Shown: positions 26,991 to 39,799 of the stretch, one piece after another | How positions within the stretch are numbered: position 1 is the stretch's first letter | How the letters are laid out: the number at the start of each line of letters is the position of its first letter | DNA from: Vicugna vicugna | Taxonomy: Eukaryota | NCBI GenBank assembly: GCA_013265495.1 | Contig: MU061579.1 | Coordinates: 668,872-732,871, forward strand | Direction: 5' to 3' | DNA length: 64,000 nt | Made by a program: the position numbers and the translations under genes | Notes under the pieces: model-generated | What the model was told of the DNA's origin: nothing | The model's database searches: none | Seen by the model: only the letters and a program-made list of their open reading frames with translations

Positions 26991-28765
26991 GAAACTAAAT
27001 GTGGTTTAAAAATACATTGCTTATGTTCACATTAGAAATGTGAATCCACTTATTCACATGACATTGGTTTAAGTCTTTGTGAACGCATAATCCTGGTATG
27101 AATGTGGTAGGATCCTTCTCCTGGATCTTTCTTCTAATTGAGTTTCACAGTATTTGAAAATGGTTCTCTGTGAGTAACAACAAGATCAATGGTCAATTTA
27201 CTGAGCAGTTTCTGTCTGACTGCCCCATCTTCCCCCGATATCGAAGGTGCAGGATTATTCTGATTCCTTCATCCACAAATTTAAAAGAGGGAAATGTAGG
27301 ATATCAGGATTATGGAGGTGATAATAATATAAACAGAAGCAAATGAGACTTGAATGAAGTAGGGAATGCAGTGTGAATGAGAATCAACAAAATGCAGCAC
27401 ATAATTACATATGGGTAGGATGAGAAAGAAGAAGGAATTTAGGAAGGCTGGAAAGGAGGGAGGGAGGGAGAGAGGTTTTAAAAAATCAAAGACTCTTGGG
27501 ATGATAGCAGTGCTATTCACTTATTCATTGATAAAGAAGAGATGAAAAAAGATACTTTATTAGGACCTGATCTGGAGATGTGCCTGAAACCTCTGTCACA
27601 ATTCTGTCTAGACATATCTTTGGTTTAGAATGCAAACCATAGTCTTGGATGTAATATAAAGGGTAATAGAAATCCAAAAGCAGATAAAATTTGAGACCCA
27701 TGAAATTAAACAAAAAGAAAAAGAAGGCAGAGAAGACAACAGCAAAGTGTAGGAGAAGAGTTGGAATAACAGGAAGTGAGTCACAAGAAAACGTCCTCAG
27801 GGGAATAAGATGTGGTGAAAACACCAAAAAAGGGGGAAGCGACAAGGAGCCAGCTGCCTGCCACGGGGAAGTGGAGCAGGAAGATGGACACAAGGAGATG
27901 ACAGGATAGGGTGACTGCTAGGCGTTGGAAGATGTGTGGCCATGGAAAATACATTATAAGAGCATGAGTGGTAGGAGGAGAAAATAAAGCAGAAGCAATT
28001 CGCGTGCACAACTCTTTTACAAATTAGAATAGTGACATTTTAAACTTGGTGGGGAAACATAGTTGATGATTTTTTCCTTAGAAAGGGTTTATTTCAGCTG
28101 GGGTGGAGGAGATAAGGACAGAGGCCAAAATCCAAAGAAGAGAAACAATATACAGATACAAATCTTGGGATGAGAACAGAGGGAGGCCAGATTGGAGGAG
28201 GATCTCTGGAGCAGGAGCCCAGGCACTGGGTTCTCCCCTCAGCTCCGATGCTGGTCAGCACTGTGGGCTGGTTCATGTCATCTCTCTCAGCCTTAGATTT
28301 CTCCTTCTAAAATGAATGTTGTGAATTGCACTTGAATAATTAAGGCTGCTTTCAGCAGTAGAAATAACACTTTTTCAACAAGTTGCCATTTTGGGACAGC
28401 AGTTGTGAAGAAAAGAGGTGATTATAAATGGAAGTTGAGGGGGAATTTTTGAGAGAGTGTAAAAATGGTTGGCCTTCACCAAGATGTTTTTTCAATTTAT
28501 TGAGCTTTTATATTTTGTAAGGGTACATGTATTACTCATATTTTGGAAAAAGTCCAGCAAAGTGAACCGAAACATATTTATTCCATTCCTATCTATATTA
28601 TTGAGGGAAAAAAATCTTTGAAAGTGTATATATTAAATCAATATTATCTCAGGGCAAGTTGAATATTCTAGTGCCAGGAACATATTTAGGGGTTTTCCTT
28701 TGTTTTTTACAACCTTGGAAATTGTCTAGAATTTTTGCTAACCTCTCCTTCTCTTTTTTTCAAGT

Positions 28766-28987
28766 TAAGGGTCCACACTTTTTCTGTAGAGGGAAGACAG
28801 TAAAGATTCTAGGTTTGGGGGCCATATGATTTCTCTTGCAAGTACACACATCTGCCACTAATGCATGAAAGCAGAAACAGAAAGTACAGAAAAACATGGG
28901 TGTATCTGGCTTCCAATTAATTTTATGTATAAAAACAGGTGAGGCAGGGTCTGGAGTTGACTCTAGGCTGAAGTCGGCCAACCTCTA
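28766..28987 (+). mobile_element. MER58A-like hAT-Charlie MITE, near full length
   Basis: Colinear with the recalled MER58A consensus: 'ttttctgtagagggaagacagtaaagattctaggtttgggggccatatg...ttccaattaattttatgtataaaaacagg...agtcggccaacctct'. Confidence 0.8.
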
Positions 28988-29089
28988 TATGGCTGGAATA
29001 TTTTAATTAAGAAGGAAGTAAGTGTGTCTTCATCTCTGGTTCATTTCAGAACTCTTTATATGTCACAAATATTTGATGTCATAATATAT

Positions 29090-29300
29090 AGTAAGGAAAA
29101 GCCCCCAAAGGTGTTAAGTGTTCTATGTTTACCCTGATATTGAAACTTCACAGCACCCTTCTGAAGTGCAGAGTTTTAAAAAATTTATGTCGGAAGAAAT
29201 TACAGTGCAGTGAGGTTAAATAGTTTGAGCGAGGCCACACAGCCAAGTGTCACAGTCAGGATACAAAAACAAAACACTTAATCTTTCCACTGTATCATGC
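29090..29300 (-). mobile_element. MIR SINE
   Basis: 'cttcacagcacccttctgaagtg...cagtgaggttaaatagtttgagcgaggccacacagccaagtg...aatctttccactgtatcatgc'. Confidence 0.7.
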
Positions 29301-30929
29301 TTCTTGCTGTAGACAGATCCTTCTGGTGCTTCTTTTCTGGAACATTCAGAATGGACATTGGACAAATGATCCTCTGAAATTCAGCTTTCTCCTTAAGATT
29401 TCCCCTAAGTATACTACCAGGAAGTGGTGCTGAGTCTTTGAAAGGGGAAACTGGTTTATGTTTAAAAGGATCATGCTAGTCTAATCTGGAATTTCATGCC
29501 GTAAGCATTGTTAACTTATAGAAACTGAAACTCTGGAGCAAGACTGAACTCCAACAAGACAGTCTTCAGTTGCTGTTGAGGGATGAAAATTGGAGCTCCA
29601 CAAAGAGTTCTGTGTGAGATTTTCACCTTCTCTTGGTTTGAGTTGTTTCTGCTTTGTCTCTTTATTTTTACCATGATTCATTTCCCAGAGACAGAGTAAA
29701 ACAAGTTTCTTTGTTCTTCTCTCATTATATAACAGAAAGAAAAAAAAAAAAGAAATTGCACTCTTTTGAACTTCTGTCTTTGGGTTTTATAACTGAGTAA
29801 GGATAGCGTGAGGTAGAAAAGGAAAGATTCTAATTGTTCTTTTACTACTTAACAAAACGAAGCATCATGACCCACATTGTCAAAGATGTGGCCATTTTTA
29901 GGTGTCTTTCCTCTCTGTTGTGCTTTCTCCTGGGAGAACAAAGTCCTCACACCGTTCACTACGTACTTTCCTTCGTCAAAGCAAAGAAGATTATTAAGGT
30001 CTCATCTGACAAGGGACCCTCTCATTTGGACCGTCTGTTTTTTTGTGCTTTCTTGAGGAAATACAAAAAAAAAAGGCTTTTATTTTCTCCCTCTCACCCC
30101 TCATTTGTGTTTCATGATAGTGTGTGTTAAGCCGTATTTTAAGAATTTGAACAAGCAGAGATTCTGCCTCTTTGAACTTTTTCTTCTTTTTCTTTTGCGC
30201 TTGCCATCTCAGTTGGAGAAATCACAAGTATTTTGTTTTTTTCCTCTAATAATTAATATTAAGGGAAAGGCTATCTTAAGATTACTGCTCTCAAGGCCAT
30301 TTTTTTCCTCCCATTATCCTTCTTACTTCAAGGATGTGCCCTCAGGACTGAGGTACACAGAAGCCTAAACTGCCAGATGGTCGCTTACAGAAAACTAGGT
30401 GATATACACCCATTTCTCAAATGGTCAATTGCACCTTTACCAAGCTGAAGTATTTTGCCTCTTTGGTAATAAATGGGAAGGAAAAAGGGAGTGGAGTTGG
30501 AAAAGGGGGTTCCCAACTCCCAAAAGAAAAATCCTAGCGTTGTTTCAAGTTTCCTTTTCAGAATTTAGCTGAGAGAGGTAGAAAGACAAGCATTCGAATA
30601 TTATTTCAATAAGAAAAAAAAATTGACAAATTAAATATTTTTGTAGGAAGTCCATCAATATTTATCATATGTAATAAAATAATACTTAATGATCCGTAGT
30701 TTGTATGAAGTTATCACTGATCTAAGAAAAACAGACCAGGAAGCCAGCTAATTGCCATCTTCTCAATTTCGAAACTTGACACTGCACTGTAATATTGTTT
30801 TAGAGCACAACTACACTGGGTGGTCATTATGATGACACTGAGTTTAAATTATCTTAAAAAATTCTTACAATAAAAATAGCTTTATGGTTGTTAATATCAT
30901 GTCATATTAATAATATTTGTTTCGCCTAT

Positions 30930-31790
30930 ATATTCAATAAGTATGAGCCATCTACTCTGTGCCGGGCACTGTGTTAGACACTGAGAAAGTAGAGGTGTCA
31001 AGACAGATAGGTCTCTGTGAGAATGGAGTCTATAGTTTACATAAGAGTGCATCATTTTCTAAAATCACAAGATTATTCTCATTGGTGTTCATTCAACCTG
31101 TATTTATTGAGCCAAACTCCAAGCACCATACTATAAAGGTGTGATGCAATGGTGAAAGAAACGTAACTTGTAGAAAAATATCAAAAATATACACAAATAA
31201 ATAGACATTTGAAATTTAAAACTGCTATTAATTTTAATAATTTAGTATATAATTATTGAGTAACAACTATGTGCTGGCAGTTCTATATGGCAGGCTCTTG
31301 TAATATCACAGAAAACAAGACAGATATGATTTCCGTCCCAGGGAGAGAGATTAATAGACTTACAGCATGATGGGAGTAAGTGCGAGTTTCTGTGGGAACT
31401 CAAAGGAGCATTCTTTAGGACTCAATGCAGTCTTACTACAAATGATTTTATAGCTAGGAGCTAAAGATAATAGAAGTCAGTCAGGCAAAAAGAGGAAGTC
31501 AAACCTTTTGGCATATTTCAAGGCGATAACAAAGGCAAAGCCCTGTAGGAAAGAAAGAGCATGGCCAGATTCATGGAGCCTGGGGAGAATCATTCAGTAT
31601 AGCTGGGCTTAAATTTCAAGAAGTGGTCTGAAGCAAAAAGGCCAGAAAGATTAGCAGAGGCCTTGCGAGTTCATAAAAGTCCTTGTCAGCTGTATTAAGC
31701 TGCTTGAACTTTGTACTGAGGGCATTGGGACTGTGAAGAGAACTAACAAGACCATGACATGACATAGTGGTTCCTCTTTGGATGACTCCC
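30930..31790 (-). mobile_element. L2 fragments (several 3' ends)
   Basis: 'attcaataagtatgagccatctactctgtgccgggcactgtgttagacactgag', 'ttcattcaacctgtatttattgagcc', 'ttattgagtaacaactatgtgc', 'gaactttgtactgagggcattggga'. Confidence 0.65.
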
Positions 31791-32122
31791 AATTCGTACC
31801 AGGCTTTTTCCTTGAGAAGCACCAAACGTATTGAGTTAGGTCGTCACCAGCTCTGATATCTTGCCCTTGTGGCCATAGCTGATTTTACTCAGATTTCAAC
31901 ACTTGACACCAGTTAGGCCCTTTGAAACTAACCATGGAGTAACATCCACAAAAAAACAACCAAACAAACAAACCAACAAATAAAAACGAACAAAAAACTG
32001 GTATATCAGCAGAGTTAAGTCATGTAACCAGTATCGCAAGAGGGACTAATCCTGTAAATTCCTGCTTTTGAGGTTGCTGGCGTGATCCTGGTTACATTCC
32101 TTCTCAAATCTTCACTGTTTAT

Positions 32123-32287
32123 TTTATTTTTTAAATTTTTTTTATTTTTAAAGAATTCTTGATTTGAGAGGAGTGGGGGAGGTAATTAGGTTTCTTTCCT
32201 TCTTTCTTAATGGAGATACTGGGAATTGAACCCAGGACCTTGTGCATGCTAAGCACAGTGTTCTACCACTGAGCTATACCCTTCTCC
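32123..32287 (-). mobile_element. tRNA-derived SINE, camelid Vic-1-like, with perfect TSD
   Basis: Reverse complement reads 'agggtatagctcagtggtagaacactgtgcttagcatgcacaaggtcctgggttcaattcccagtatctcc...aaacctaattacctcccc' plus an A-rich tail. Perfect 13-bp direct repeat cttcactgtttat at 32110-32122 and 32288-32300. Confidence 0.93.
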
Positions 32288-32394
32288 CTTCACTGTTTAT
32301 CTTTTTGTTTTAATGGCTTATTTTAGTGTTTATGCATTCACTTGTTGAATAAGTTAGCGACAGTTTCCTTTATTAGCAAATAATCCCAACTCTA

Positions 32395-32710
32395 GGCATG
32401 CTTAAGTGTTATCTTTTCCAAGAAGCCTCTCCTGACTCCCCAGGTTTGAATTATTTTACTCCTTCTCTGTGATCCCATTGAACCCCATGAATATCCCTAT
32501 CATAACTATAGTCATCAAATAGTTTTGTAATTAATTTTAATTTAACTTTCTTATGACTAATCCACACTCTGTCCAAGCTATGAATTTGACTTCCTTGTGG
32601 CCAGGTACCATGTCTTCTTTATCTCTTTATTCCTAGCACTTCGTAAAGAATCTAACACACAGTAGGAGCTGATTTAATGTTTGACAGTATATTGGATGAA
32701 TGAATAAAAT
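32395..32710 (+). mobile_element. L2 3' end
   Basis: 'tcttttccaagaagcctctcctgactcccc...ccttgtggccaggtaccatgtcttctttatctctttattcctagcac...acacagtaggagctg...gatgaatgaataaa'. Confidence 0.8.
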
Positions 32711-32856
32711 TATTTGAAAGAGAAGACCCAGTCAAGAAACAATTTAGTTCATATCAGCAAAATCTTAAAAATTTCTACCTGTTAATCATATTCTTGGGCA
32801 AGAGAGGAACTTGGTTATGACCTCCTATATCCTTGTTCTTGCAATAAGATATGAGC

Positions 32857-33050
32857 AAACAATAGAGGTTTGAACTGTGCTGGTGCACTTTTAAGTGAAT
32901 ATTTTTCAGTAGTAAATTCTACAGCACTACATTCTGCCACTTTGAACTTCTGTGGTTGGTTGAACCTGTAGATAAAGAGGAACCACAGATATGGAGGGCC
33001 AACTATAAGTTATATGAGGATTAACACCTTCATTGTTCAATGGTCAACTG
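32857..33050 (+). mobile_element. Tigger2-type MITE with the left TIR eroded
   Basis: Ends 'ttgttcaatggtcaactg' plus TA, the reverse complement of the Tigger2 TIR cagttgacccttgaacaa. Begins 'aacaatagaggtttgaactgtgctggtgcactt'. Confidence 0.8.
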
Positions 33051-34289
33051 TAATTTAAATATACTTAAAGTGTACAATGACTGACAAGCAAGTTAAGTTG
33101 TCTTTCTTCCCATGGAAGTTCTTATCCTTCACTTACCAAATTTCATGTTATGGTCTGGTTTCCTACGTACTTCTGCTAACTGGGAAGCAAACTAAGTTTG
33201 ATTATTTCAGATCTTTTAACAATTTACATATGTCATTCTTAGTTAATATAATGGAACCCTGACTTTTCTATCAGTCTGATTAACTTGGTTAATATGACTC
33301 AGTCCCCAGGACATGATTCATTGTTAGTGTTCTGTTAGATACAGAAAGAAATTAAAAACTTGAGATTGAAGAACTGAGACCCATGTCTTGTGGGACACCT
33401 AACTCACTAGGGGTTTCCTACCCAATGGTCACACTCTCCCTAGTTCTAACATTTCCATTTAGTTATATAGAATATATTCCTTTAGAATGAATCACACTCG
33501 AAACACTAAGGGTACAAGATATACTATCCAGGCTAGAAGTGCTCATGGAGGTCATGCCTTTGGAATGCAAGCTGTGAATTAGTATGGCTCATTCTAAATC
33601 AGATGACCAATGAATGGGGTCAGAAGGAGCCTTGACCAATCATTTTTAAAGGCCTTATTTTTGTCCCTAGTGACATTTTGCCTTTTGTGCACAAAGAAGG
33701 CTTCAAGAAGGAGCTATTTTTATTACTATTTTTTTTTTAATTACCAAGAGGGTTAGGGCATTTTAGCCCAATTACTACTTCCCCTTGCCACCTGAGCACC
33801 GTCAGCAGTCAGCATGAGAAAGCGATAATGGAAAGATAATGCCCAGCTGTGCCACATGACCCTTCAAAGGAACAAGATACATATAAAATGCATGGTTTTT
33901 CTTTTTCCTGAGCTTGACTTCCGTTTCCCTATTATACTTGGCTGAAAATTTAGCAGCCATTGATAGCAACCATTTCAGAAGAGAAATAGTGGCAAGTATT
34001 GAGATAACATTGAGTAAAGCCCCGTGTTGGACTGAGAGTTTGGGTTCTAATATTTTGTTAGTTGCTATCTTTCTCTGAGAGCTCATGGGCAATGACCTGC
34101 CTCATTCTGACAGCAAAATGCAACCTACTGCATTGGATACTTGAGATGGTTTAAAGGAAGGGAGTGATTTGAATCTATTATGAAAGCAAAAGAAGGATGT
34201 TTCAAATTACTCTTAGAATTCTAGGCAATAATAGAAATCAATATAAAGGAAGTTAGCAGGTCATTCTTATAGCCACTCGACTGGGGTGA

Positions 34290-34480
34290 GTACTTAAAAC
34301 ACATTATGGAATAGAATCCTCACAAAAACACTAAAACATTCATAATTAGTTCCATTTTACAGATGTGAAAATGGAGGTCTAGAAAGTTTAATTATCTTAA
34401 CTAAGATTATCCAAGTGATGGATCAAGAAGATCAGAGTTTAAAGCCAGATATGGCTGCCCATGCACTAGATTATAACTGC
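34290..34480 (-). mobile_element. MIR SINE
   Basis: 'aatcctcacaaaaacact...tccattttacagatgtgaaaatggaggtctagaaagtttaattatctt'. Confidence 0.8.
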
Positions 34481-35194
34481 AGTGTCAGCTTCTAAACACA
34501 CACAAGAGAAAAGCCTGAGGAACAGGATAATTTTGAAAACATTACATGAACAAAAGTATGTACTAGGTCTATGACTTATGCTAAGAGATCTTTTTAGGTA
34601 TTATGTGGTAAAAAAGTTCTTGAACCATGTAAGTTTAAGAAACACTGAGTTAAAAACATCAGATTTCTTTGATATAGGACTTCTTGTACTCTGTAATATG
34701 AATAATAAGTTTCTAGGACTTTATAAGGATACAGCGTTTTTCAACATATTTGACTGTGAATCAATTTTTTGAGTAGCATCTTACAAGATGAGTTCTCCAT
34801 GTAATATACATTTTGTGATTACTCATATACAGCAAGGAAGAACGACACCAAAGATTCTCTGGTATTTATGCTGAGTGAGGGCAATCCACACAAATTTCAG
34901 AAATTTAGAAAAATTATTGTCTTAGGGATCCTGTCTGAGGAGATATTCTAATTAGAGATTAGAATAAATATTGAATAATCTGTATTATTAGCAGAACTCT
35001 TCAGAACATACTCTTTTTCTGGACACTGAAATAGAAAGAGGAATGAAGCAGATGCTGTCTTTAGGGACATCATAATCTAATTCAATGGTTTGCAATATAA
35101 AGAGGCAAGGCATGACTGAATCACCCAAGAAGTTCTTTCAAGACCCACATTCTGTTCCCTGTGGAGTGCCAAATTCATTTCATGCATTCATTCA

Positions 35195-35350
35195 TTGAAT
35201 TCTACACTAACTCCATGAGGTAGGTACTCACATTGTCTCTTTTTCACAGATAAGGAAACTAAGTAGAAATGGGGTTAATTTTCCCAATATTCCATAACTC
35301 TAATGTGGTAGTATCAGAATTCAAACTCAGATCTGTAGCCTTGCCTTGAG
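35195..35350 (-). mobile_element. MIR SINE
   Basis: 'ccatgaggtaggtact...ttttcacagataaggaaactaag...cagaattcaaactcagatctg'. Confidence 0.75.
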
Positions 35351-36169
35351 CGTTAAGACCAGAAGAATAAAAACTTTTATAGGCATAGGAATTTCTGGCA
35401 GTAGGTGAATCATGGAGATAATTGGTTCCGACTCAAAACATTCTGACTCACACATACATGAAAATGTCTAGAAAAATACATTTTTACAAAGTGCCCAAGG
35501 AGATTTTGATGCTGATGAGTCATATACTGAAGTTGAGAAACAGTAGGCTTGTCCACACTGTATTCCATAAGCAAAATCATAATTTAATTTTGTAACCTAT
35601 AACTTAACTTATGTAAATTTTAAATAAGCAGCCACTTAAACTCTACTATAAAAAATACTTAGACAATCCTGCTGTTTCAAATATGACATCATTTGTACTT
35701 TCTGGTTTGCTAGTCAATGTGGTCATAGGTCAACACACTAAACGTCACGTGTGTTGAAAATGAAAGACTAAGAAGCAGAAATTGGAAGGAGGTGCAAAAA
35801 TCTACCACTTCAAATGAAAATCTTCAAAATGATATTCTCCTACTAGTTGCTCAGTGGAGACAATTCAAATAAAAATAGTTGACCTGCATATTATCTGCAA
35901 ATGTGGAGATGAGAAGAAATACTCAAGAAACTCTCAAGCTACCCCAATGATATTATTAATGGTAAGGGTTGGAGCAATGCCCTTTAATGTAGTGAATTGT
36001 CAGTGAAGGGGCCTAAAATGTGACATATAGCTAAAAGAGCACTGGTATGCAGTGTGACCTTGAGCAGGTCACCTACGTTCTCTGGGGTTCCCTTTTCTGA
36101 TCATTGAAATAAAAAGCCAATGATTCAACTATAAAATTATCTTCTATCAAACATTTCATATGAACACAA

Positions 36170-36350
36170 TTTTGTGTTAGGTGCTTTATATATGGTCTAA
36201 TTTTTGTTCCTCACTACAAAATCGGGTGATGCATTTTTTGTCTTCACCTTATAGTAGATGTAATCGGGGCACAGGAGGATACATGGTTTGGCAAGTGACT
36301 TGGGCAACATATGGTTAAGCTGGGTTTTAAACTGTGTCTTTTCAGCTACA
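36170..36350 (-). mobile_element. MIR SINE
   Basis: 'tgtgttaggtgctttatatatggtctaatttttgttcctcactacaa...gctgggttttaaactgtgtctt'. Confidence 0.6.
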
Positions 36351-37097
36351 AAATCTATTTTCTGGAAAGGATTCTGCAGGCTTTACTTATGCAAGAGGCT
36401 AATGCCCGCCCCCAACCCCCGCCTTTAGCTGTATAATTCTTTGATATTAAAGGTATTAAAATAAAAATACTACCTTAGTGCCATAGAAGAGTTCATGTAA
36501 CTTCTGGTAATTGGCTCACATATTTATAAGACATTTTAGATTGAGAAAATCTGGCTCAGGGTTGTAGAGAAAATCAGGAAGAAATTTTGCTTTGTATTTC
36601 ATACCTTTTGACAATTATAATTGGTAGAAATAATAATGAGAATAATGGTATTCTTCAGTTTGATTTGTTAACTACCTATTTCCTGCTTGTAACCTCACAA
36701 AAGAGAAATATAGAAAATCCTAGAGAAGGGCTTTGTTATAATATTAGATGTCCCTAATTTCTCTTTGACCTCTTTGAATCAGGTTTCTCATCTGGGAATC
36801 TGACCAAAACTCTTCATCTTGTTATTTTTGATATGCTTGAGGTATAGGAAAAGAGCCAAATTTTCGAGTTCATTATTTTAGCTCCTTTAAGTTGCTTCTG
36901 ATACCGAGACACAAGTGATTATATCCCAGAGAATAAAGCACCACCCTTGACACGACGGTGTAAATTCTCAGAGATGATGAGAGCTCTGAGAGCTCTGAGA
37001 CCTCCATGTTCAGTCTTAGTTTATCACTGAGTCATTGAGCTGGAATAAACTTTAGAGCTCAGACAGCCAATATCCTTTTTAAAATAGATAACAGCAT

Positions 37098-37178
37098 AAA
37101 AAAAGAAGGAAGGATGTTAGGGAGGGAAGGAAGGGGGAAGGAAGGAAAGAAAGAAAGAAAGAGGAAGAACAGGAAAAA
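37098..37178 (+). repeat. Purine-rich low-complexity tract ((GGAA)/(GAAA)-like)
   Basis: Read directly from the sequence. Confidence 0.8.
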
Positions 37179-38069
37179 GTCGTAAGAATAATTAAGGTTG
37201 ATTTAATTATTTGCCAAGTACTATATTACATCGGTCATGTATGTTATCACAGCTAATGAATTCATGATTAATACTCAATAATTTGTAGATCAAAACAAGA
37301 TTTTAAATACGACAAGAAACCTGCCACAGGTGTGTTTTATGGGATTGTGCTGGGTTAAATTCTAAAATGGTTTTATATGATCCTGCTCTTAGGGGTGCTC
37401 AGCACTGTTCGTCTTCCTCCACATCACAAATTAAACAGTAAAAGATCTGCAATTTGAATTAGTTTTTCTTACTTCTTCCCTGATGTCCTTTCCACTGTAT
37501 ATTGCCATCTCTTTTCCATGACATGTAAACCTATCATGCGTTACATGATCTTCAAAGTCACTGGATTAGATGTCAATCAAGAAAGGACAAGAGCACTAAG
37601 GTGATGGGAGTGGTTCCTTTGAAGCCAAATTCACTCCAATTTTAGGGAAAGGGAAATGGAGACAGGTGCAGCTGTCTGTTTGATACACCCAACCAGAGTG
37701 AACATGTGACTGTCGATATGAAAATTATATTTTGGTGTATGTAAGGGTTATAGGATAATTCAGTTGATCTGAATTCAGAAAATTCACAAAAAGAGGTTCC
37801 ATTTGTGTGATGCTTTAGAGTTCATTGTTTTTAAAATTGCAACAATATTCACAACAACCCTGTGAAGATGTTGTAATCCTTAATAAAAAGAGGGAAAAAT
37901 GAAGCACTGAGAATTAGAATGACTTCTCTGTAGACTTAGTAAGTGTCAGACTTGGGCTTGAAGCCAAGCACTCTCAATAACAAATAATAGATAAAAATAG
38001 AGAATATGTTAAATTTTGATAAATAGTCAATGCAAGAGTGAGAGAAATAGAGACAGAAAAGTTAGGGAA

Positions 38070-38475
38070 TACGTAGGTTAAAAGGTACTTAACAAACATA
38101 TCAAATTCTAGTGTATCTATTTTATATGAATCTTGATTTAAAAATACAATAATCTGTTAAATGAGTAAACTCATATATAGTTAATGATAATGAATTGTAA
38201 TTTTTAATGTGAAAATGGCATTGTGACTATGTCCAAAACAAAAGAATTCCTATATTTTAGACTGGTATACTAAAATATTTAGAGAGAAAATAATGTGATG
38301 TGTGGAATTCACTCCAAACTAATCTGAGGTGGGTAAGAATTGGTGGTGGGGGGGGTATAAATGAAGCAAAGCTGGCCATCCACTGGTAATTTTGAATCTA
38401 GGTAATGGAAACAGTATTATACTGTTCTCTTAGCTCTGTTATGTGTTAGAGGTTTCCCACATTAAAGTGTTAAAC
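38070..38475 (+). mobile_element. L1MC4-like 3' UTR
   Basis: 'aatggcattgtgactatgt...tactaaaatatttagagagaaaataatgtgatgtgtggaattcactccaaa...taaatgaagcaaagctggcca...gaatctaggtaatgg'. Confidence 0.7.
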
Positions 38476-39799
38476 CATTGTAAAACAGACAAAGAAAACT
38501 GGAGTAGAGTAAGTAAAATGAATGCTTCATTTTTCATAGTAGATGATGATTCAAGTTCATTAATCAAGTTATAAACATATGAACTTATTAATTACTATAA
38601 CAACTTGAAGAACAGAAAACAAATTATTATCTAGAATGTAATAAAGAGAGAACTGAATATTACTTTTACATTTCTCTGTTCCTTTTGTTTTTTTTTTCCC
38701 ATTTGCATGTATTGCAACTTAACTTAAAAAACAGTTGGATGTCTTTCTAAGAGAAAACAGTTGTTTAGCTTTTAAACAAGCTCCATTTTGAAAAATATAG
38801 CAAGATTGTGCCTCCTTTTACATTTATTTTCTAAGTTTCTAACGTAAACACAAATCAAAGTATTGATCATTTAAAAGCTATTATTTGAAACACCTCATCT
38901 CCCAATACTTTAAGATTCTAATAACCCTTCCCCTGGGAGAAGTGGGCCTTATAACGTCAATACCCACTTTGAAAATCATGAATGCAAACCATAACGTAGT
39001 GCCACAGTGATATTTTCAAGATGATTTCAAAATGTGCCATAGCTTCTAAAAACTCCAGAAAGATAAAAAGGGTAAGGGCTTTCAGTAGGGAGATGAGGTA
39101 AGAAACTTTATTAAATAACAGATAGATTGAATAAACCTATGTAAATAAATTCATAAATTAAAAAAAATCCCCATCACGTTTGGCCATGAAAGCTATAAAA
39201 TATTATGACTTCAGTGTTAAAATCCTTTCACATATAATCACTGATAAAAAAGAATCCTCAAGGATTTTGCAGTATCTACCCATTTATCTTATCAGGGAAT
39301 GCTTGTTTTATAAACTAGTTTTTGTTCGATTTATATTGCCAGTGGTAATATAGTCCAGGTGGTCTGGGAGTCAAACTGCAACTTGACATAAATTTCTTTC
39401 ATTATTAATCTGAGTAGGATTGTTTATAGAAAAATGCAGTCAAGAAAACATCCTTTCTAACTGGAATCTGACTTAATGTACGTGTGGAAGGGTGATGCTA
39501 ACAGGAAGAACCACCTTTGCTGGTCAAGGGTCCCATTTCTGAGTAGATAATTACATTAGTATGAATACATGCACATTTTGTTTATAATGTGTGCCGTGAG
39601 GGAGGAGATCATAAAGGATTATTGACATACACTTTGCTCTTATATGAGTTAAGTGAGTTAAGTTTGTGCTGCACTAAATGAAGCTTCCCCAGGAAAGCAG
39701 AACCTACCAAGTGATTGGCTAAACTCTGCTTTGGGTACCACTAGCAACATCCTCCATGAACCGATCAACTACCTGATTCCAGTTCCTCATTTTACTTGA

